In this document: piece by piece, positions 45,520-55,895 of the stretch
Layout: each line of letters opens with the position of its first letter
How positions within the stretch are numbered: the stretch's first letter is position 1
Assembly: GCA_030264375.1 (NCBI GenBank)
Contig: JASCQW010000099.1
Location: 19,135,152 to 19,199,151, forward strand
Direction: 5' to 3'
DNA from: Carcharhinus longimanus
Taxonomy: Eukaryota
Length of the DNA: 64,000 nt
Notes under the pieces: generated by a model
Databases searched by the model: none
What the model was told of the DNA's origin: nothing
The model's input: only the letters and a program-made list of their open reading frames with translations
Program-made: the position numbers and the translations under genes

Positions 45520-48500
45520 CTTGAATTGCTAGTGCCTTCAAGTGAAATGGTGGGTCAATTAGTATCCATTAGTCCTTTCAATGAAGAAAATGAAGCATGG
45601 AGCTCCTATGTTCAGCACTTTGTACAAGTGAAAAAAATTATAACTAAGTTACCCGTACCAGCTTTTCTCAGTACAATGGGAAGTAAAACTTCAATTTGCT
45701 CCCGAGCCTACTTCTTCCAGCAAAACCAGGAACCAAAACTCATGATAATTTGACAAAGATCCTTGAACAGTAGTTTTCTCTGAAACCACTGATCATTGTG
45801 GAATGGCTTAGGTTCTGGCACAGAAATCAAGTGGATTTGAGGCAACCTTAAAAAGGTTAGCATAAATTGTGAGTTTGCTAAGTCACTAGAAGATATTCTT
45901 CGAGATCATCTAGTTTGGTGTTCTCCAAAAATGAGGCTATCCAAGTTTGCTTACTGAACATGCTTTCACTTGGATCTAGCTGCTAAAGAGGCATCACAAT
46001 TTGGTGCAGGAATGAAGATCCACAAATTGGAAACTGCTCATAAGAAGTCAAAACAGCAACAAGCATGTTACAGTTGTGCCAAAAATGGGCCAGTCAACAA
46101 ATTAGTGCTGGAACAAGGATAGTCAATTCAATTGTGGCAAAATGAGTCATACTGTAAAAGCTTGTTGGATTAGACCAGCTTCCCCTGAGACAAATATTCA
46201 GAATAAGAATCTGGGTACCCTCAAGAAGGACAAATTGCATTCTACAAAAATAATTCACAACATAGGAGAATTATGACTGTGGCCTTGTGAATGTCCAGAA
46301 ATATGATGAAGAGCACCAATTGAATGTCTTATCTAAACAGGGTAGATTACATAACTTTGGAATCACCCAAAATCTAAGTGGACAACCAAGTAGGAAGGGA
46401 GGTTGCTACTGGTGCTACTGTGTCTTTAACTCCTGAGACTACATACCAACAAAAGCTGAAGCTTTTTCATTTAAAACCAGCTCATGTGATTTTCAGGACA
46501 AATGTGGAAGAGGTTGTGCTGTTAAAAGGTTACAACATGGACAACGAGGAGTTGAGTGGACAAACAGTGGAATTGCCTCTCCATGTGGTAATTCTCTAGC
46601 TCTATTTGGAAGTTCATCGTTGGAGAAGATAAAGCTTAACTGGAGTGAACAAAGAATAAAGGAGAAAGAAAATTACAGCACAGGAACTGGCCCTTCGGCC
46701 CTCCACCTCCAAGCCTGCACTGACCATGTTGCCGACTGAACTAAAACTCCCTACCATTCCAGGGACCATATCCCTCTATTCCTATCCTATTCATGTATTT
46801 GTCAAGACGCCCCTTAAAAGTCACTAATGTATCCGTTTCCACTATGTCCCCTGGCAACGAGTTCTAGGATCCACTACTCTGTGTGGAAAATCTGCTGTCA
46901 ATAGATTGGTCTTCAAAGAGATACTCGGCTCAATGAACGGAGTTCAAGTGAAACTCAAGATAAAACCTAATAGTCAACCAAAAAGTCTCAAAGCAGGAAC
47001 AGTACCATATGCAATTCATCCCAAAAATCGAAGAAAAGTTCATATGACTTGCTAACACTGGTGTGTTAGAGCTGGTTACGAGTGACTGGGCTACCCCAAT
47101 CATTCCTGTCATGAAACCAGATGGTTCAGTTTGTATTTGTGGTGATTTAAAATTAACCATATATCCAGTGTTGTGTGCTGATCAATTACCACTTCCTTTA
47201 ATTGAAAATTTGTTTGCTGGGTTATCAAGTGTGCAGCAATTCAGCAAGATTGATCTTTTACAGGCATATTTACAGATGAATGTAGCTGCTGAATCTCAAT
47301 TATTGCTTACCATTGTAACTCATAAAAGTCTTTTTCATTATAAAAGATTGTCTTTTATAATGGGAACTAGAGCAGATCATTGAGTATGGAGACTGGGGAA
47401 GAGACTAAGGCAAATGTAGCTAAGAGGAAGAGCAGTCAGGGAGATGTCGCTCAGCTCAATAGACTGGAAGCTTGGACTGCATTTGCTTCAGTGCAAGAAA
47501 CTAGTAAGACAGATGAACTTTAAGCCTGGATTAACATGTGGAATTATGAAATTGATACTATCACAGAGACATGGTTGAAAAAGGAATAGTATTGGCAGCT
47601 TGAAGTTCCAGAATATCAATGTTCTATACAAGACAGAGATGGAAGCAAATAAGGTGGGGGAGTTGGAATGCTTGTTAGGGAGCTGTGTTGAGGGAGGACA
47701 CCTTAGAGGGATCCCATAGTGAGACATTATGGATAGAGTTCAGGAACAGAATGGATGCAATCACAATGCTGGGATTGTGTTGATCTCCCAGCTAGAAATA
47801 GAGGAACAGATATGTAGTTTCTGGAAAGATGTGAAAATAACAGGGTTGTTGAGGTTGCTTACCCATATTTATTGGGACTCCCTTCATATCAAGGGTTTGG
47901 ATGGGAGAGTAATTTGTTAGGTGTCCAAGATGGGTTTTTGATACAGTACATGGATAGCATGGGGCCATACTGGACCTGGCACTGGGGAATGAACCCGGTC
48001 AAGTGATCAAAGTTTCAGTAGAGGAGCATTTGGGAATAAACAGGATTAAGGAGAATCCCAAGGCATTTTATACATATATTTGGAGAAAGAAGGTAGATAC
48101 GGAAAGAGTAAACCCATTTAAGAACGGAGGGAGGTTATGCGTGGAGCCAGAGAAAATGGGTGAGATCCTCATGAGAACTTTGCATCAGTATTCACAAAAG
48201 AGAGGGACATGAGGGGTGTTAAGGTTAGGGAAGGGTGTAGGGAAGCTCTCAGGCATGTGAATATAACAAAGTAGGAAGTGTTTTAAGTCTTAAAATGCAT
48301 TAAGGTAGCCAAGTCCCTAGGACTGGATGGGATCTATCCCAGGATACTATGGGAGACATGGGAGGAAATAGCTGGGGCCTTAACAGACGTCTTTGCATCC
48401 TCTTTGGCCACACGCAGGGTTCCAAAGAACTGGAGAAAGGCCAATATTGTTCCTTTAAGAGAAACATAGATAATCCAGAGGAAAGTTATGTCTCACCAAT

Positions 48501-49620
48501 TTGAGTTTTTTGAGGTGGTGATAGGAATGATTGATGAGGGATAGGCAGTGGTTATTGTCTAAATGGACTTTAGTAAGGTGTTTGACAAGCTCCCTCATAG
48601 TAGACTGGTATAAAAGGTAAAGTCTCAGGTTTCCAGGATGTGCTGGGTAGATGGATACAGAATTGAGTTGACCTTCAAAGATTGAGTAGCAGTGGAAGGG
48701 TACCTTTCAGAATGGAGATCACTAACTAGTGGTATTCCACAAGGATCAGTGCTGGGACCTTTGCTGTTTGTTATATAAATGATCTGGAGGAAAATGTTGG
48801 CCTCATTAATAAGTTTGCAGATGACACAAAAATTGGTGGACTTGCAGATAGTGACAAGAATCGTAATGTTTTAACCATATGGTACTGAAAGGAATAGCTG
48901 GAACATCATCCACAACCTGATATGAAACCATCCATGTCAAGAAAGCATGTTTTGACCATTCAAGGTGGGTATATATTGTGAGGAATTTGAGTGATCAGTC
49001 CTCCTAGTCTGCATGGAAGAGTTCTTGAACAACTACATGAAGGAAGCCTGGTATAGACTGGATGAATGAATTAGCAGAGTTATTTTTGGTGGTTGGTGTG
49101 GAGCCCAGATTGAAGAAAAAGTAGGATAGCATCAATCCTGCGCATAAATAAGAAATACACCACTGTTGTCTCCTTTACATCCTTGGGAGTAACCTAAAAT
49201 ACCATGGCAACAATTGCATTTAAATTTTACTGGTCCATTTGAGGGTTGCATGTTCTTAGAAATAACTGATGTGCACTAAAGTGGCCTGAAATTATCATGA
49301 GATCTACTATAACTGAACAAACCACTGAAAAGCTTGAATAAACCTTTGCAAGATTTGACAAACTGGAACAGATTGTTAGTGATACAGGTTCACAGTTCAC
49401 TTCACAAGAGTTTGAATAAATGGTATTCAGCATATAATATCTGCATCATACCATCCATCAACCAATGAATAAGCTGAAAGATTTGTACAATCCTCAGAAC
49501 ATTCTTTAGAAGCTTCAAGAGAGTGAGACTCGTTATATGAAAAGCTTTTTGGCATCATATAGAAACACTATTCATGTGACTACCCAAAGTTCACTTGTAA
49601 ATGGGTTTATCACAAGATAA
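45520..49620 (+). mobile_element. Degenerate Gypsy/Ty3 gag-pol, interrupted by CR1 insertions (~46645-46890 -, ~47375-48862 +)
   Basis: gag ISPFNEENEAWSSYV; protease-like VATGATVSL; RT SDWATPIIPVMKPDGSVCICGDLKLTI...FSKIDLLQAYLQM; integrase QIVSDTGSQFTSQEF and YHPSTN. Confidence 0.85.
47375..48862 (+). mobile_element. Deleted CR1 LINE ORF2 (endonuclease to RT pieces)
   Basis: ITETWL; RIKENPKAFYTYI; GIYPRILWE; MDFSKVFDKLPH; [13 protein letters not shown]; KFADDTK. Confidence 0.85.
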
Positions 49621-49744
49621 AGGGTTGTTCATCAAAACTCTCTACGCCACCACATTTTAAGTAATTGAAAGAAACTTTAAAAAGTTACACTGGTGTATAG
49701 CAATCAGTTTTTTAGTAAATTAAGATAAAATGTCTTATAAGCAT

Positions 49745-50171
49745 ACAAAATAGAAGTAGGCCATTCAATAAGACTATGGCTGATCTGATTCCGTTTTCAA
49801 TGAGCCTGCCTCCACTGCACTCTAGGCAGAGTTCCAAATTCGCAAAACTCAAGGCAAAAAAGCTTTTCCTCATCTCTGTCTTAAATTTTAAAACAGACGC
49901 CCCCTAGTTCTGGACTCACCTACAACAGGAAACATCCGTGTCACATCCAACTTGGCAAACCATTCAGGATCTTACATACTTTGATCATGTCACTCTTCTA
50001 AACTCCATGAAAAAAGCACAATTCGTCCAATCTTTCCTCATAAGACAACATGCTCATACCAGTAAACCTCCTTGAACCACGTTCAATGCATTTACATCCT
50101 TCCTTAAATAAGGAGACCAAAACTGCACAGTATTCAAGGTGTGGCCTCACCAATGTCCTGTATAACTGCAA
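49745..50171 (-). mobile_element. CR1 LINE 3' fragment
   Basis: [16 protein letters not shown]...LSYEERLDEL. Confidence 0.85.
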
Positions 50172-50494
50172 CATGATGTGGAGATGCCAGTGTTGAACTG
50201 GGATAAACACAATAAGAAGTCTCACAGCATCGGTTAAAGTCCACCAGGTTTATTTGGTAGTAAACACCACTAGCTTTCGGGGTTTGCCCCTTCATCAGGT
50301 CAGTGGGAGTTCTGATCACAAACAGAGCATATAAAGGCACACAGTTTACAGAATACTGATTAGAATGTGTGTCTTTACAGCTAATCAAGTCTTAAAGGTG
50401 CAAGCAATGTGAGTTTAACATCTCTTTAACCTATGCTTAATGCTATCTCCACTCACATTGTCTGCACCTTTAAGACTTGATTAGCTGTAAAGAC
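50172..50494 (-). mobile_element. Penelope-like termini with an intact hammerhead core and an inverted partner
   Basis: - strand GAC CTGATGA A GGGG CAAA CCCC GAAAGCTA GTGG (50267-50302); 44-bp inverted arms at 50371-50414 and 50451-50494. Confidence 0.75.
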
Positions 50495-52567
50495 NNNNNN
50501 NNNNNNNNNNNNNNNNNNNNNNNNNNNNNNNNNNNNNNNNNNNNNNNNNNNNNNNNNNNNNNNNNNNNNNNNNNNNNNNNNNNNNNNNNNNNNNNNNNNN
50601 NNNNNNNNNNNNNNNNNNNNNNNNNNNNNNNNNNNNNNNNNNNNNNNNNNNNNNNNNNNNNNNNNNNNNNNNNNNNNNNNNNNNNNNNNNNNNNNNNNNN
50701 NNNNNNNNNNNNNNNNNNNNNNNNNNNNNNNNNNNNNNNNNNNNNNNNNNNNNNNNNNNNNNNNNNNNNNNNNNNNNNNNNNNNNNNNNNNNNNNNNNNN
50801 NNNNNNNNNNNNNNNNNNNNNNNNNNNNNNNNNNNNNNNNNNNNNNNNNNNNNNNNNNNNNNNNNNNNNNNNNNNNNNNNNNNNNNNNNNNNNNNNNNNN
50901 NNNNNNNNNNNNNNNNNNNNNNNNNNNNNNNNNNNNNNNNNNNNNNNNNNNNNNNNNNNNNNNNNNNNNNNNNNNNCTTTTTGCCCTCCTAACTCCCCTT
51001 TTGAGATCCCTCCTACTCTCTCTGTATTCCTCCAACGCTCTCTCCGTTCCCAGACCTGTAGGTACCTGTACCTAGATTTCCAGAAGGCACTTGATAAGCT
51101 GCCACATCAAAGGTTATTTGCTGAAATTAAAAGCTCATTGTGCAGGGTGTATTGGTTTGGGTAGGAGTTTGGAGGCTTAACAGTAAAGGATGGGGGGTGG
51201 TGGGGGTGGTGGTAGGGGATAGGCAGTTGGTGAGAGGTTAGGTAAGGCCTGGAGTGTAGTTGGTGGTAGTCCTGGGGCTAGTCAAGGGTGGAGGTGAGTA
51301 AATCTCATGAGAGTTCAGGGTGTGGGCAGGGGAGGAGTTTAGTACTCTTGGTTGCCAGAAGCTAAAAGTGGTTTTAATTCTTTTTCTGAGTAACTACAGG
51401 TGTAAAATACATTCAAAGTTTGCAACTTAAATCACATTTTTGCATGATTCCCAAAGAAGGGTAATTGTCCACGGACAGTTTGCACTTCTCAGAGGCAGTT
51501 GTACTTCCCAGCATATTTGGCATACTCCCAGTTGCATTGCCCTGGGGCTTGGAAGTTACGATCCATTACATACACACATTTCTCTATATCCACTCCAATT
51601 AAACACTGAAGTAAAGCAAAACCTCATCAATAATAGGGAGGTAAATGAATTATAAGAAGCAGAATCAGCAAACTATAATATTAAAATGAGCCACAGAGTT
51701 TAATACTGTCCAGAATGCATTATTGTGAAAAAGGACAATTGTACTCCACACAATTGGATGCATATTTTTTCTCTTGGTAAACAAGAAATCCTTGATACTT
51801 CTTGAATTGGTCTAAAAAATGACTCAATTGACTGCAGTAGCCTTTGAAGGTGTTCTAAAATTTAGCAGTCAAGAGAGAAACAATGATTCTTACTCCTGGA
51901 TTAAAGATCAGCAGAAACAAATACTTAAAAATGGAAACACTAAAAACAGGTTTCAAACATATTTAATATACAGATTTCATTTTTTAAATATAAATTAAAG
52001 AAAACAAAACATCTGACACCTGTAAATTTAACATAACAATTTAAAAATAAAACCCAATTACACACAAAAGTTAGGCAAATGCAAAAACTCCCATTGCGAA
52101 GCATTCTAGGATTTACATACCAGTTGAAAAAAAGACTTACAATTTCCTTAAAAATAATTGTTCCAGGAAAGAAACAAAATATCCTGGTGCAGTACATGAA
52201 AAATGTCAGTCTAATACACTGGATGAAAATAAGGCAAAAAAATTATTTCATTATTGTGTACATTTTTCTGGCTCCTATTTTGTAAGTCAAATGTTACTTT
52301 GCCATTACTTAGTTGCTCCCGTTCTTTCTGAATATTATTTCTCAGTGTAATCAATACAAGGAAAAGACAGTAATTATTATATTTAATTGCAAAATGAATA
52401 CTGTTACTCCTAACATAGTATACAAAGTTCTACAGACATGGTTAAAGTATACCGGTCATATTAGATGTGCCAACAAAGGTTACCATTTGTTCTTAAATCT
52501 GGTCAACTTCACTTAATGCCTATGTATAATCATTGCTGAAAATAACCATGCCATTAAAACAATGCAT

Positions 52568-52578
52568 TATATATATAT

Positions 52579-52636
<58 letters not shown>
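52568..52636. repeat. (TA)n(CA)n compound microsatellite
   Basis: Directly visible. Confidence 0.95.
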
Positions 52637-53717
52637 AAATTTAACCATCGATATGTACATTTTATGTTTACAGCTGAAAGGTTTGTTTTCTGGTGCATAT
52701 AACCAGAAATACAATTTTCTGACTCCCTGGTTCAAAATTAAAAAGATTAAGAAAAAAATAAGTTCAAAAAGTCAGAAAAGAAAATTGAGACATAATAAAA
52801 AGGCACATTTGGCAGCTACTGAAACTGGCATGCGTCTGCCACAAACAGTACAGGGTGCTTCACTAAACATTCAACCACCTAGGAAGTTCCAAACCATATT
52901 AGAGTGAATGAAAGTTTCTTTTGCATTAAAGATCATCAGTTTCGGTGCAGTGACATGCTGAAATGTCTTCTTCTATGTAGGAAGGCTCATTCAGTTTGCT
53001 ATTCCTCAAGAGGGGTATGGAGAAATGATGAGTAAATGAAGGTGAGGTACAAATCATCCATAATCTGGTTGAACGATGGAAAAAGAGAGTTGACAGGTTG
53101 AATGGTCCAATTCTGTTCCTATTTCTTTACAAATTATATTGTGAAAGTCAACGCACTTTTGAGGAGACACATAGATAGACTTTTTAAAAAAGAAATTACA
53201 CTTTGTCTTCTTATTCCTGTATTGTGGTCAATGCCAAGGAATATAACATTTCAAAGAAAATAAAGTTAGCGGTACAGAAAAATGCCTATGTTTTCTGCAC
53301 GGGTCTGCTAAAACTACATCAAATCTGAACTTTGAAGTTATGGACATTTACCATGCTGACATGTTCTGAAGATAATTTTCCTTGATTTAATTTGAAGTTT
53401 ACATTCGACATACAGATACCGCCTCATTTGTTCAGCTGCAGAATGATAACAACTATGGATTTCAGCTCATAGGCAGCCAAGCTTGCATAATTAGGGGATA
53501 CATTTTCAAGTGCTTTCTCTCATTTGCTGAACCACAACTACTTGACATTAACAGCACAAACAGAAATGCACATTAGTAATGGGGTTTTCCAACTGGTATG
53601 TAACCCTGAAAATGAAANNNNNNNNNNNNNNNNNNNNNNNNNNNNNNNNNNNNNNNNNNNNNNNNNNNNNNNNNNNNNNNNNNNNNNNNNNNNNNNNNNN
53701 NNNNNNNNNNNNNNNNN

Positions 53718-53790
53718 CCCCTCGAAAGCTTGTGAGAATATTATCAAATAAATAGGTTGGACTAAAACCTGGTGTTGTCAGACTTTTTAC
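53718..53790 (+). mobile_element. Penelope-like terminal fragment (3' half of the hammerhead motif; the rest is in the gap)
   Basis: CCCCTCGAAAGCTTGTGAG...AAATAAATAGGTTGGACTAAAACCTGGTGTTGTCAGACT. Confidence 0.7.
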
Positions 53791-55765
53791 TCCATCTGTT
53801 ATGCATCAGTCTCAGAGCAGGATTACAGAACCAATTTACTGATAATTCCAAATATTGCTTCAAGGCTAAGGGTCAGCCTTTGTTAAGTGTACCTCCTGGG
53901 ATAGGAAAGAGCATTTCACAAGGCACACTGGCTTGATTGAGTACACAGGTACATGTCAATGACCGTAGTGAGTACACCATCACGGTCAAATTGCATTCCA
54001 GGGGACAGATCATAGCAGGTAACACATTTCAATGAGCAGGGTCATAAAACATTACCCTAGTCTACTAATATCAAATAATAACTGCTTGATAGGGCTGTTA
54101 CTGCAATTTCTGAGCAATAACAATGCTAGTGTTAATAAAGAGCAATTAAAGGCAGAACACATAATGTCAAACTCATTCCACATTGTGGTATCTGTGATAT
54201 TGTATGGAGAATGAATGTGAAACCCAAGCCAGAGACAAACTATTGTAATCTTTTGGTCATATTTCCTGTTATGACACAAGCCCTCATTCATAGCAAAATA
54301 CACTAATGTGTATTTATGGAAGGAATCCAAATGGTTCATTAGTATTTCCTACACTTCTCTTTTATGATGTTTGTCAATGAAATAAAAAGAACCGCCAGCA
54401 AAAGTCTTGGTATTTTTCAAATGTTGAATGATTTGCAAAAAACAAAAATTGAGCAAATGATTAGCTGCAATACACCATTCCAGTTAGAACACACAAAGCA
54501 CCAACATTAGCTGGGAAAAGAAGTGTTTTCACAAGAGTTTGCTCAAAAAGTTACGGTTTAAATTTTGAAAACTGCAGCTGTTCAATACCTGAGTGCCGGT
54601 AAATGTTCATGATATTCCTCTTTTGAAAAGGTACTTGGTCAACTGAAGCTTGCTATCACATGATACATAATAGCCTATTGTCGTCAAATCCATTTTTCTG
54701 ACTCACCAGATAGCCACAAATAATGGTTCCATCATGCGTACAAAAATTGGAAAATGCAATGAGATGTTGACAAGGCAAATAATCTGTTGTTACAATACCC
54801 ATTATTTATTGGAAATTCTGATCTGATAGTAACTGGAGAATCAATGTATTTTCTACATTCATTTTGTGAATCAGGATTACATCAATCTCCAGGTTTTAAT
54901 TCTGATTGCTAAGGTATCTGTCTTTAATTGCCATAGATTCAGGTTTTCCTATTAGCAGGAGAACACACCCTAGCTTGAGGAAAGTAAACTGTTGGTGAAA
55001 AAATGTTGGAACACAGTTAGCGTACCATTGGCTATGTTGTAAACATAATATTAAGCTGTGCAGCAGAATACTTTCAACAGCATTATTTCATTGATAATTT
55101 GACGTGCTGTTTCTTCTTGTCACATTATCTAAACAGCCAGGCCTATTTTGATTTGATTTTTTTGTCACAAAGATTGAGACAATCCATACAGCTGACTCTA
55201 TCACTTCCCTCCCTCCCTAAATGTTCACCAGGCTAGCCATCTTGTAATGTGACTTGCTATTCTAGCCCTGATCTCAAATTTTTCTCTCTAGCTTTTATCC
55301 CATCTCCTGCCATGTTTTCTCTGAGAGCTCATCTTATTTATGAGACCCACCTTCTGTTCTCTCAATCCTATTCTCACTACACTACTGACAACCCAATTTC
55401 CCTCCCTGGTTCCAATGTTAGCTGATGTAGTTAATGGTTCCCTTTCCTCGGGGACTGTACCCCTCCCATTAAACTCTGCCATGAGCACTCTTCTCCCAAA
55501 AGCACCTGCCCTTGTCCCTTATGTGCTGCCTCTTTGGGGAGGAAAGGGAGGACACAACTTCCTTTCCTCACCAAAGTCCTTGAATGTGCATCCATGACCT
55601 TCTTTCCTATAACTGCATATTTGATTTCTTCCCATCAGGTTTATGACTGCACTAGAATACCAGAACAGCTCTCACAAAAGTCACAAATCACATTCTCTGT
55701 GTCTGTGGCTGTGATAAACTGTCTCTCCTCATCTTTCTCAACCTGCCTACAGTGATCAATACAGT

Positions 55766-55895
55766 AAGAAATCTCACAACACCAGGTTAAAGTCCATCCA
55801 GTTTATTTGATAGTAAACCCACGAGCTTTCGGGGTTTGCCTCTTCGTCAGGTGAGTGGGGAGTCCCAGTCCAACGCTGGCATCTCCACATCATGA
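55766..55895. mobile_element. 130-bp Penelope-like insertion with internal inversion and 19-bp TSD
   Basis: TSD CTACAGTGATCAA(T/C)ACAGT at 55747-55765 and 55896-55914. Confidence 0.8.
55817..55856 (-). ncRNA. Minimal type I hammerhead ribozyme motif
   Basis: ACUCAC CUGACGA A GAGG CAAA CCCC GAAA GC UC GUGGGU: 6-bp stem I (one G-U), intact core, stem II with one mismatch, palindromic AGCU stem III, CUC triplet. Activity untested. Confidence 0.6.

Noticed and set aside
50477-51035. Long ORFs across N runs (also 10154-10394, 28263-29188, 53524-53751, 58416-58786)
   Set aside because: Artefacts of assembly gaps.
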